From positions 192,936 to 256,935 of the forward strand of contig RHPI01000026.1 in NCBI GenBank assembly GCA_009103225.1: a stretch of DNA of 64,000 nt, in the 5' to 3' direction. Each line of letters starts with the position of its first letter. Within the stretch, counting starts at the first letter, position 1. Shown piece by piece: positions 25,797 through 38,385 of the stretch. The DNA comes from Chlorokybus atmophyticus (lineage: Eukaryota > Plantae > Mesostigma and Chlorokybus algae). Both the position numbers and the translations under genes were made by a program. The notes beneath the pieces were generated by a model, which did no database searches, had not been told where the DNA came from, and was given only the letters and a program-made list of their open reading frames with translations.

Positions 25797-28723
25797 TCAC
25801 CTCTCAAACCTCCACAGCGCAACGCCAGTGCGTCCACTGTAATCGATGTTGCAGACGGCAAGCGTAGAGCAGGACGGGCGCAAGTCCAGTATGTGACGCG
25901 CCTGCGGGTGGTTCATCGCCACGTGTTTGCCCGTATCGGCCTCGAACACGCGCAGCGTCCCAACCCATGCAGCGGTCAGCAACAGGCGCGGACAGGTGCT
26001 TGAAAAGCACACAGACGTGATGGGGTATCTTTGGGTTCGATCAATCCACAAGCTGTGGCTCACCCTCCTGTTAGTTAGTGTTACAACAAGTATACACCCA
26101 ACAGTGCTGGTTGCGTTGCAATGCCCCAACGTTCACAAAATGTGCTGCATAACACAAACAGGTGACCATGGATGTAAACAAAAGCACAAGGTGGCAGTGC
26201 TGCTATGTCCACCTCAAATCCCAGCCAGCGACTTCGCCACTATGTGCGCCCGCAAACACGCTCCAACCAGTGGAAGCCTGAATGCAAAGTCTTTTGACTT
26301 GAGATGGAAAAACGTTCTTGGCCAGCACAGGTCTGCGGCAACAATTACTCTTTTATGTTGGGTGGCCAAACCGCATGCAACATGGCAAACTCGGCTTGCC
26401 TGTCAGACTGCCGCATGTCATACAGCCGCACAAACCCATCCTCACTGCCACATGCCACCAGATTCTTGTCTGCGTCTCCATCAACACAATAGACAACGCC
26501 ACCACCCACCCTGGCAAGCATCATGAGTCCGGTATAAACAATATGCACATATAAGATTTGCACGCTCATCTTGTAGCTATCATTACTGCAATAATACTTG
26601 CAATGGTTTAGCGGAATGCGATCACCGTGTCAAACCACCCGCTTGCACACTTGATCCGAGTGTACAAGCTGGTGGTTGGACAGGGCAAACGCACTCTGAC
26701 AAAGCAATGAAAGCACGATTGCGGTATCACTTAATGCTAGTGTGCAAGCTGCTTATGGCTTCACCTTTGATGCAGTCCACAACAGGACCGCCCATTCTAT
26801 TAGCATCAAGCACTTACAGGCCTCGTGCACATATTGCGTTGACATGATGCAGTTCATCCAGAATTTAGTTCTGCATCAACCAGCACAACAGGAAGAGGAC
26901 CTTTGCAACCATTGTCGGACTGAACAATGTGTGGCTTGGATTGTTTGTAGTGAACAACTACTGAGGTTGTGGTTGTTTGCCCTGCGACTGCACTGTGTTA
27001 TCAAGGCACTTATGCCAAAAGATTCAAAGTACAGTCTTGCCTGATGATCTGTTGGCAGCTGCCGCTGAACAGATCGACTACACGCAGTGTGCCATCCACA
27101 GAGCTTGAAACCAGCAATTCGTCTGCACACCTGGACAGAGGCAAAGAGCTGCAGGTACCGTAGCAAGCTCAAACACAGGCAGTAAAGGCTATGTCATACG
27201 CACCATATGGATTTGACGGGACGTACGTGGCCATCAATGCAGCGTAAGAGCTTCTTGCGTGAGCGATGCCACACATACACGCAGTCTGATGCTGCAGTCA
27301 CTGCCTGCGCAGGCCAACAAACGACAATAAACAGCGTTGGTCATCTTTTCACAAAATGCGAGAGAGCACATGATGTGTGTATGTGCGCGCACACGTGTGT
27401 GTTGTGAGTTGACAGAAGTGCTGCGCACCTTGTGCGGATCCATGAAGCAGTCGGTTATGCCACCCTTGTGCACACTTGCACCAAAGGAAGACAGGCAGCT
27501 CCCCGCGCTCATGCTCCATGTTTGAGCAATCTGCTTGTTGATGTCAATTTATGCTTGCAAATTGAGGAGACAAGTAGTTGAGACATTATGTTGCGAGGGC
27601 TGGTCACACACAGCATGCCTTTGAGTCTGTACAGCCCGTGAGCAGGCTACCGCCATCAATGCTGCAGCATTTGACCCTGCCAAAGCACATAGACATAAGC
27701 AAAGGAAAACAGATTCCTGCAGCTGAAACACATTCAGTGAGGAAGCAGCTGAACCTACCCGCCCTGCACGCCTTTAAACACGTGCCTGGTGGCATGCACA
27801 GTTCGCCAGCGCAGTTCGGTGTCAGCTGCTACATATACTTCACGCCACGAGCTCGAACCACAAGCGCCATCGGCTGTGTCGTTGAATAACTTTGTGCTGT
27901 CTGCTGCGAATTCCAAGTCTGCTGAAGCAACAGCAGAAGCTCCTTGTTGGGTTCGTTCTCCAGGCGGCCCCGAGGTGAGAGCTCGTAACTTGCGCTGCGC
28001 TTGTTCTGCGTGTATGCGCCACATGCTTGTGGCACTCGCAACAGCACGCCTGCATGCAACACACTTGTCAGGTTAACACACACGTCTGCATGGAACATCA
28101 TCTCGTCAGCCGTCCTGTGCTCAGCACAGGAACCCATTGCCTGACAAGCAGGCTGGGACTGAAGACATCAACGCAGTTATATTAGGCAGGCTAGCATACA
28201 AACGCACCAAGCTGCATCCGAGCAAGACGACCAAGGCGTCTTACAACCGTTGTTGCAGACTGGTTGCGCACATATGCTGGCTGAGACCAAGACCCATAGA
28301 TGCTTACAGTGCACGAAGGCTGCCTACAACGCGGTATCATCAGGTCTGTAACAGGTGTGCATGCACAGAACCGAACAAAACGCGAGAGAAAAGCCTAACA
28401 CAACATGCACACCTTGCAAGCTGCACCAATAGGTTGGCCAATTCTTACACCACACCTTTCTGCGACAGTACGCGTGCATGCAAACAATGCACATACACCA
28501 TACGCACACGACATTCCAAAAGACATACACACCATTCTCGGCATACGCAGCAGCATACGGCGAGGCTCTGAGGCGGCAGCTCTCTGCTGGCCAGCACCAG
28601 CACCAGCAGCTCTGGAGGCAGCACGCTCGCAGAGACGGTCCCACCAGCGGTGACGGTAACATGGTCTGACTTAGTTGGTGCAACCCGCACACTCCTCGAC
28701 GGACCTTGACGGGCAGACGACAT
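25797..28723 (-). CDS. F-box/WD40-repeat protein, multi-exon
   Basis: F-box LPPELLVLVLASRELPPQSLAVCCCVCREW; WD-like segments VKCCSIDGGSLLTGCTDSKA, HKGGITDCFMD, LLACAGSDCSIRL, VYCVDGDADKNLVACGSEDGFVRLYDMR; TGA 25797-25799. Internal exon boundaries not fully resolved. Confidence 0.75.
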
Positions 28724-28917
28724 GCTCAACGCTGTGCGGCCTCACCACCACCACCACAGCCGCCGATGCCGACAGTGGCTAACAGCATGTTCACGGAGCT
28801 TCCTTGTTGCTTTGTTTGCGGTTTAAAACTGATATCGCGGCGCCATGGTGATAAGCATACTTTTGCACCAGGAATACGTGGACTTTAAGGAGAGCGCGAT
28901 ATATATACTCTTTTGTT

Positions 28918-28925
28918 TAGGGTTT
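28918..28925 (-). promoter_or_regulatory. Telo-box (TAGGGTTT) in the shared F-box/prohibitin promoter
   Basis: Exact reverse-complement AAACCCTA between the two divergent ATGs. Confidence 0.55.
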
Positions 28926-29048
28926 TGTTGAGCGCAGGCGTAACGTCAGCGGCGGTGGCGGAGGCGGCGGTTGGTGTGGTTTGTGAGGTCGGCGACGGGC
29001 GTAGCGTGCAGAGTACTGGTTTGCTAGAGGAGCTTAGACCAGTACAGC

Positions 29049-30806
29049 ATGGCTGCCGGAGGTGCGCCTGCGGCGCTGGGTCGGCTGGCCCGCTGGGCTG
29101 TGGCACTCGGCGTCGGTGGTTCTCTGCTGCAGTCTTCCCTGTACACAGGTGGGCAAGCAGCTAGCATGCATGCATGTCTGCGGTGCATAGCATTGGCAAA
29201 TCAACACATGTAGTGCGGTTTCAATGCCGGTTGCAACTGTCCACCATGCTTGGTTGGCCATCAACTGCGACCCCATGTAGATATGTATGTGGGCTTGGCC
29301 CTTGTTCACCTGTGAGCGGTTGTATGCAGTGGATGGTGGAGAGAGGGCGGTGCTTTTTGACAGAATATACGGAGTGCTGGACAAGACCAAGGGCGAGGGG
29401 ACGCATTTCCTGGTGCCCGTCCTGCAGACGCCCATTGTCTTTGATATTCGCACGCGCCCGCGCTCTATCTCCTCAATCACCGGCACAAAAGGTGCACATT
29501 TGCCGTAGTTGGAGCGTCGCAGGCTGGTTTAGGGTTGTGTCACTGCATGCCATTGCCACCGTGGACTAGCTGCAAGTGTTCTCCTGCCATGCAATGTGAT
29601 ATGTACCATTGTTATGAAGTCGTAGGCTACTTTCAATTCGTGTCATAGCATGCCACACTCACCATTGACTCACTGCATTTGACTTGCTCTCATGCCTTAA
29701 CATCTGCATGCAATGTGACGCTCCTATGTCGTATGACTGATTGTACTTCTGGACTTGAGCACAAACAGCCGTGTGTATTATGCCTACACAAGTACAACTT
29801 GCAGCACTGACCACGTGCCATCTCCAGATTTGCAGATGGTCAACTTGACCCTGCGAGTTTTGTCAAAACCGCGTGTGGATGATTTGCCGCGCATCTACAA
29901 GAACCTTGGCGCCGACTATGATGAGCGAGTGCTACCGTCTATCGGCAATGAAGTATTGAAGGCAGTTGTGGTAAGCCATGGTTACACATCCGTGCCTGTA
30001 GGCCAGCTGTTACAGTGTGCATGTAAGTCTTGTGCTATGCGTCAAGCTCATCTGCACAAGTGACGATCGGTGCATGGCTCCTGTTGCATTAGCTGTAGCC
30101 ATACAAGTACGTTGCTTTCTTTGGTGTCTTCTGCAACCAAGTTTGGGATGGGTGTTGCAGGCACAGTTCAATGCCGAGCAGCTGTTGACACAAAGAGAAA
30201 GTGTGTCAAGACTTATCAGAGAGTCCCTCACCCAGCGCGCGCGAGACTTTAGCATCATCCTGGATGATGTCGCCATCACGCATCTGTCTTTTGGTGCGGA
30301 GTTCTCCAAGGCCATTGAAAGCAAGCAGGTGGCTCAGCAGGAGGCAGAGCGATCAAAGTTTGTCGTGCAGAAGGCTGAACAAGTAAGCATGTGTTAGGAG
30401 TTGCATGCACATGGGCATGTTGGCATACAACTGTGAAAGCTATAAGCTGTCAGTTTGGGCATGCGTGTTCGTGCGCGTGTGCAATAACAGTATGCAAGCT
30501 GTCCAGCAGCAGACTCTGAAATTTATCATCACTTTCTGGTTCCTTTCATTGGTGTGCTTACTTCTGCATTCCTCCAACTCCTTGTGCCTGCAGGAACGAC
30601 TTGCTGCTGTTGTTCGCGCTGAGGGTGAGTCAGAGGCTGCGCAGTTGATTTCCGATGCGACAACAAGAGCAGGTCCAGGCTTCATCGAGTTGCGGCGGAT
30701 TGAGGCTGCTCGCGAGATTGCTGCGACACTCTCTCGGGATCGGAATGTCGTGTACTTGCCATCCAGCAGCAATATGCTGATGGGGTTGAACGCTGGGGCA
30801 CCTTGA
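29049..30806 (+). CDS. PHB3: Mitochondrial prohibitin (PHB1/plant PHB3 type), 5 exons
   Basis: [87 protein letters not shown]; ATG 29049, TGA 30804-30806. Confidence 0.96.
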
Positions 30807-31233
30807 TTGATGCACTGCAAGCACGGATTGTCCCGCCCTTTTGCAGCCTCGCACAATGGTTCAAGCATTGTTGGTTTCCACTTGTAGCATATGGCACGTG
30901 AAGAGTTTACACAAAAGTGTTTGACATGCTTGTGTTTGGCTGCACCCGTCTCTGGGCGTGTGTGCAAAGCATGCACATGCGGCACTGTGCGCAGTTGATA
31001 GTCATCTCGTCGCCTCCATTCTTGTTTGCTTGTTGGGCTGTCAACGTTAAAAGGTATTCTACTTTGTTATTGTTTCATTGGTTTGTTGCTTTAGTAATTG
31101 TTGACTATGTCGTTACATTGTGCGCAACAAGGCATTCCAAAAGTGTTGCCCTTGCGCGCCAGTCTGAGCCCGCCGTGTGTGTGTTGTATTTTTGCCGCTC
31201 CGCGCGGTACCCTAAAGTCGGCATGCAACATTG

Positions 31234-31310
31234 ATAGTGTTAGTAATAGTGATAGGGGTAGGGATAGTGTTACTAACAGGGATAGGGGCGGGGATAGTGA
31301 TAGGGATAAC
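31234..31310. repeat. Low-complexity GATAG/GGGATAG-rich degenerate repeat
   Basis: Recurrent gatagtg/gataggg units. Confidence 0.6.
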
Positions 31311-33219
31311 TTAGTTGTACTGATACGATGACTCTGACTACACATTACTACCTACTAATGCCTAGTAATACTTGCCGTTCAGCCTACATTCTAATGACTC
31401 TCTTAGAGTCATTTTCTCTCCATAATGCTTGACATTGCATGTGTGACAATTCGCACGCTATTAACCTAGAATACTATCTCGAATACATTGCAATGAGCTG
31501 GCTTGGGCCCTTATAACTGAGCAAGTACGCACTTAAAGAGCAACAGCAGCCAAGTCAACAACAAGCAAGCATGGTAGGTAGGGGACAACAGCAGGCAACG
31601 GCAAAAGCGACCAGAGTGCGCATGCTGATGTACCATGTCCGCATACGTTTAAACATGAAGCCGGACACGCGGCTAGTAGGTACAGTGAGCAGGCACTCCC
31701 TTGTGCTCGACCACGCAACGCACGCAGTTACTGATGAGTTCGCGGAATGAGATAGTTAGTGTAGTGCCCATGATTTCGGTCTCCGGAGTGCTAAACTTGT
31801 CTCCATGCGTGTGGTCGCTGTACTACGGCACGCCTGGCCAAGTGCCGCTAAGCTCCACTACACATGCCCATAATTGGGCCGAGCGTACATATGGTAGTAA
31901 TAGTAATGCGTAGCAGGCGGCGGTGGTCAGAGTCTGAGGCCACCACGTCAGGTGTGTGTCCATGTGCCTCGTAGAATTGGCATAAACCTGGAGCGCTCTC
32001 GGCAGCCGAGTCACTCGTCTCATGAAGAACATGTTACACACCTCGTTATGCACCACTTAAGTGTGGCGTTGCTCTGTGAAGCAGACGCACATTGCAACAA
32101 GTGTTTGCCCCGTTCAAAGCAGCACCGCACGCACAGTGCTAAACATGCGTTGGCATGAGATCAAGGGCTTACGCTTGGAAACGAGCGCACCTCATAATGG
32201 TACAAACCGAGAGCGGAACAAGGTAGGATACAACGATAAAGCCATCATCCATGCACCTGCTCCAACTCAGATGGCAACCATAGCCACGCCATCTCAAATG
32301 CTAGTGCCTTGGTCACATATAATGTGCGGGTCCGGCCAACGCCTTTGTCCTATTGAAGTACAGTGACGGCAGTGGAGGTGTTTAAGAGAGTTCGACTGAA
32401 GTTGCCATGCTTTCACTTTATACACAAGGTAACTACCCAGCTTGTATAGATAGACCCCTGGTGTTTATTTGCAAACAAGTTGCTTGCATGGTGTGGATAG
32501 CTTTTGCATGCATGTGTCATGCTGATTATGCCGTTGATGGCTGCTGCTGCCTCCAGATGCGCAACACTTGCATAGCACATAGGGCACTTAACGTGGTGTA
32601 GATTAGGTGAAGGCCCTTGGTGTAATAATTGCGTTTGTTTGTTCACGCTGGCTTGTTCTGGTATACTGTCTGTTTGCGCATCAATCATGCGTGTGTGTGA
32701 CTTGAAATGACTACGATGTATACCCTATGCTTGTTGTGCATTTTCGAGTCGCAATCACTGCAACGCATATATTCTACACACGGTCGCGCACTTCTACGGC
32801 GTTCACGTGAACCTGATGTAATGTGCATTACTCGACTGGCGACATGGCAAAAGACATGCGAGTGGTTGCAACCCTCGTTGTCGCCATGTTTTTGGCTTTT
32901 CAAATGCTAGCTGAACGTGCGTTGTCAATAGGCCTGTGCTGATGCTGGCTGCATAAGCGGGTCCATGGCACACTGCACAGTGCACTGTCCATGCATACGT
33001 TGGTGTGCCTGCAGTCATGATAGGAAGTGATGTGCATGCATCCAAAGCAAGAGTGACCCATAGGCGTCACACATGTAGCAGAGCCGTGCGCCTATACAAG
33101 TGTGCCAGCACAACCATGATAAAGATGCGTTTTTATACAAGGAGGGTTTGAGCAACCCCTGTCTGCCCCAACCCTCGCGCGCAACTCAACAGCGTCTCTA
33201 TAACACCCTCATGGCCACA

Positions 33220-36200
33220 TCATCTCATTTCTGTCATGACAGTGGGTACGGCCTCAACCCTCTGCCTCTGCCCATACTTGCCGCGCCTGATTGACGCCCT
33301 GATGGCATCCACAGCGTCTTGAAGCATGCTGTTGTTGCCGCTTGATGCGCCGCGCAGGAGAGACTCCACGCACGCAAACCGCCAGTCGCTTGCCTGATCA
33401 CAGGAGTACAGTCCAAGTCAGCACAGTAGCTATGGCATGGTATCCAACCATCAACTGCCAAGACCAACACCTTCTGTCCTGTTTCGGTACTTGCGTCCAG
33501 AATCCTCTCCAACAGCTCAGCATGATGGCAGATCTGGAAACATGACATCGCCACTGGTTGAAATGGATTGTGAAACGTGAAGGAGAAGTACGCAACAGCA
33601 CACACACAAGGCAGGTTGCTAGGCCATGAATGCAACGTGCACGCTATCGTATGCCTTTGATTTGCGAATTACCTCAGCAGCCGCCCATTGCCTCACGGCC
33701 AGTGCATAAATGAGCCTATAAACCTGCCACCCGACAAAGAACCTGGTTGGCATACAACAATGGCACACATTGGTTTGCTTGCTGGACACGTACTGCAATG
33801 CGGAAGTCGCCAAATGGCTGCTGCAGCGTTTTGTTGAACCACGCCGCAGGAGTGGAGGCCCCGCATGCGCCATACACGGCGTCGCATAGGGTCTCCTCTG
33901 CCGCAACGGACAGCTGCGGCTCAGGCATGCGCTCGCTGCCTGTTCGTTGGAAAGCATAAGATTAACCGAGATTGATCTTTTGAAGCATACCCGAATGTAC
34001 TGTTGCCGTACAGAAACAGTGCAACGACACATGTTGCACACATGTTAGCAGCTCACTAGAACATAATGCGAATCCCTGACGAATGTGATTGTGCCAACTG
34101 CCAGCATGCTGGCAGTTGGTACAATCAAACACGGCGCAGACCTAGCATACTGCCGACGTCATAAAGACACTTCAACTAACTTGCACTGTAGGTAACAGCA
34201 ACGGTTGATTTGTCAAACACAACATGGCGATTGAATAAGGCACTCACCTGCAATGGACGCCAATGCGTGACAGGCAGTCAGTTGCCTGCCATCTCCACTG
34301 TTCCTAAACGCCTCTTGCGCAATGCGCTTCACAACGTCAGTCTGTTCATACAAAACAACGGACATTAGCCAAATCACTCATGGTTAAAATAACAATTGTA
34401 GTTACTCATGGTACTCACCTGTGTCAAAAGCCGATCCGCGCCATCGTGACCTCCCGCATACTCGCCCAACGCATCAACTGCAGCTTCAACGATGTCGCCA
34501 CTGCTATTGCCATTTTCGAGTGCGGACACCAAGCAGCTTGCCAGCTGGTTCAAGCCTTCAGGCGTGTCCGTTGCTGCAATAGACAGCATTAATGAGTGAC
34601 AGGTACGCAACATCATAGTGATGGTATATCAACATCAGGAATATGTATTCGTACCACCATCTTGCTTGCTCAAAATGCGACCCGCAATCTTGATTGCTTG
34701 CACTCGCAGTGGCTGCTCGCAATCGCTGCTGCTGTTGGGTAAACAGCATGGCTAAGTCAACTTCGTCACAAGTGGGTGCAACATACGCATGTTGTGTGGC
34801 ATAAGGCGCATGTACGCATGCGCTCGTGCCTGATGAGTTGCGCGATGCGTCCTATGACTTCATTGCCAGCAAAATTTGCAGCATACGGGGAGGCCAGCAC
34901 GTCCGCGACAGAGTCCAAGGAAGTCATGACCGCCAGGTGATCACGCGGGTCGGCGAGGTCGCGTGCCAATGCATTAAACAGACCGGCTCTGTAGCAAATG
35001 GTAGTTCAGAAATACGCACACAACACTGCACCCAACCAGGCAATGCAAACAACGCATAACACGCACACACGCATGCACCTTTGAACAGCCTGTGCAGCAT
35101 CGCTCGAAGAGCTCGCGATGGCGGATGCGAGGGCAACCAAGCGTACTCTCACCTGTGTGAGCGTCTTACTGCATGAATGCATCATTGCATGCAGGATGCG
35201 TAACACCAGTGCAAGGGAACAGCATGGCGCTGAGAAGCTCACAAGACGTTGTGAAATGACTGTAAAGTATAATCGTCAAACTTACTGTGGAGTCAGCGCC
35301 GTTTGCAATCGATGCGAACTTCATACGGGTCTCATCCGTGAACACCAGCGCCTGCCAGACATCGAGGGTCATGTAGCATAGACGTCTTGACCAGCTCAAA
35401 AAACATGCATGCTTTTAGTGGTAATGCTAAGCATACCAGGCCGTTATGCATGGATGCGATGGCTTCTAGCGCACGCGAGGCCTCCGCCCCAACGCCAGAG
35501 TCCCTGCAAGCATGCAAACTAGACTGTTGACTGCTGTTTACGAGGAGCAACTCACGCATGCACGTATGAAAGCATTGACTTACTCTGAGGTCAGAGCATC
35601 AATGAGGTGCACTGGGATGCTGGCGTCGTCAAGAGCTGAAGAGGCTTCATCTTGCGGGATATGTTTTACCAAAGCACGAATCTGCCATTATACTGTTTAA
35701 GGACTGCACCGTTTTGTGCTGCAACATCGATATAACATAAAATAGCATTGACGTGAGCATCACCTGCTCGCACGCTAACCGCTGCACGCTTGGGGAAGAG
35801 GACTGCAACCCCGCCGCTGCGAATGGCTGCAAAAAGAGGTCAAAGGTATGTAAAAGGCCGATTGACTACAACTGATTACGATATAACATAAAGCAGCAAC
35901 GCTTTGATCCCACCATTTTGCCCATGTGCATGCATGCGCATACATACACACATGTGCACAAGCACGATCGCTCAAACGCACATCCAGAAGCGCACATATG
36001 TGCACGCATTCAAGCTCACCATCAGCGAGGGCAGAACAGCGACGTTGAGTGCCAGAATTTTCTTCAAGGCAGCGCAGATGGTTACTTCATCCCCCGCAGC
36101 ACAATGCTGCAGTGCGCTGTGTAACAAAGCAAGCAATAAATTTGACCAGACATGTGGGCCTACGCAACTAGACAACAGTACGAAGCACGTCAACAAGGGT

Positions 36201-36761
36201 ATAAAGTACTCGAGCACATAGGCGATGGGGTACTTGCTGGTGAAAGACTGAACCAGCATGTCCGCCGTTCCTGTAAAGTATGCGTCAATATATACAAGGA
36301 GGGCAAAACTGAACACGCACAGTGAGGAACCCATGTGTCTTTCGGGTTGCACTTCAAACGGCAAAAACCGACATTAAATTCATGTCGCTCTCAGTTCTCT
36401 CAGACATGTGCTTGGGCAAACGCTACTTTATGCAAGCTTGCAAAATGACTAGTACACACTGCAAGCATGCTAATTATGCACGACGCTGTTGGCCACTGAA
36501 GAGTTGTCCAACAATTGCATGTCAAGACCGCAAACTTCTCAAAAATAAATCAGCAGCAACGACAACAACGACGTTGAAGAGGGTGGCGAAGACGACAACA
36601 ACAGCAGCAACACTCATTTGCTACTTGCGCGTACTACATGCTACGTGTGCATGCGTGCTTGCTTGCGTGCACTCACCTGGCATGTCGGCCAACTCCCAAG
36701 CGTCCGCCAGGAACTCCTGCGGCGGGCCATCACCCACGGGCGGCGTGCTCGCCTCCACCAT
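33220..36761 (-). CDS. PSMD5: 26S proteasome assembly chaperone PSMD5/S5b-like ARM-repeat protein, multi-exon
   Basis: MVEAS...QEFLADAWELADMP/GTADMLVQSFTSKYPIAYV, PFAAAGLQSSSPSVQRLACEQ, RVRLVALASAIASSS, EAAVDALGEYAG, C-terminal SIRRGKYG...VPTVMTEMR-TGA resemble the plant PSMD5-like ARM protein. Confidence 0.75.
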
Positions 36762-38385
36762 CTCTTTCTATCTCTCCTGCTCCTCCTTCTCCTCCTCGTC
36801 CTGCCCCTGCTCCTGCTCCTGCTCCTTCACGTCGTCGCCCCGCCGCCGCCGCCGCCACCGCATACACCAACTGCTACGCCATGCATACGCACTTCGCTTC
36901 TACAGACTTCGCCCCCGCCTCAGCACTCCGCCGTACACGTGCTTGCAAGTCACGGGCTTGAAGTGGCTTGCGTCAGCATAAGCGTAAGCTGTATTACAGA
37001 CCAAACGCTATTAGAGCTTAAAGCTCTAGGTCCCTAATAGCGTTTGGTCTACAGTCAGCGGGTGTCGCCCTGGCGAACAGCTGACGTCGCATGCGAGCAG
37101 TCAAATCTACAGCGTGATAACTGCTGAACCGGCAACTGTGTGTGCGTTAATGGCGCACAAGTTTTGTGGTTGTGGTTGGTATGGACACCTACAACGGAGT
37201 AGTTTGCAAACTGGATAGACTGTCAGTGTAGAGCAACACATCCAGTGCTTGATGTTTGGGCAGCCGTTTCACCACTCTTGTTCTCGTGCTGTTGCCTCGA
37301 TAGACACGGATTGAACGGGAGTGACAAACCTACATGCAGGCATGCACTGGCAAACAAACACCCAAGTTTGAGGTTGCAATGATATGTAGACTGCCAAATA
37401 AGCTAGCTGAGTTCATACCATATGTATACCGTACTGCCAGGGACTATTCAACACTTTTTCGGATAAATCATACAGGTTGAATTCGACAATTCCTTGCGGA
37501 TCTATACACCAATTGATGCACTACCTGGTCGACGTGTCATCAATGGCTTGCATGAAGTGACCATCGAGCGGAGAGGTTTTCTTTTCAACACCCCGCATTT
37601 CCTATATTCCTTTTAACTGGCGGATTGTCCGTGGCAGTACAGCAAAGCTCTAGAATGCGGAGTGGGCAGAGCACATGCAGTGGCATGCATGCCGTGCGAC
37701 ACAACTTGCTCAACATCGGTTCTTGATTGTGTCTACGCATTCGACACCAACTCTCGACATACTCTGTAAAGCAGACACGCGGTATGAGAATGGGAGGAAG
37801 CACCCATTAGCTGTTCCAGTTTAAGACATATCAGTGTGGCTGAGCAGGATCTGCATACTTTGTTTCAGACCTGCTTATTGATGCCAATGGTTGCGCTTGA
37901 TCTGCAAATCCACTTGGCGTATCCATAGCAAACAACGCATTGCAGGTCAACAGCGGCATTGACCATTACACAATCTCTACACCAGCAGCGGCTTCAGTAC
38001 GATGCACATGCTTCGCCAATGGACCAACAGGCTGAAAGAGCTGCAAGGCTGCGTACATAGCCACCTGCCAGATGCAACTCTGTTGGTTCCATCCCGTTGC
38101 TTGTGCACACGTGTAATGTAACGTTCTCAAACAGCACGTACTGCACTGGTACCTGCGCAGCAGTTGGGTGCAACCAGACTTGCTTCCTTGACTGATGAAG
38201 CTGCGCGGGTTGCGCCACCTGCGAACGTAGGATGTGTTTCAACTTGGCAGAAATACTAGCTGCAGAACTCAAATGTGGCATAGAGAAGGAATGGACACAG
38301 TTCAAAATGGGGCTCACCTTCATCTGTAACATAGCGAGCTATCACGTACGAAGACAAAACCATTGCTGGTAGTGATGTAAGTGTA

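Noticed and set aside
31500-33200. Many short ORFs between prohibitin and PSMD5
   Set aside because: All are 60-100 aa, lack motifs and sit on both strands, consistent with convergent 3' UTRs and intergenic DNA.
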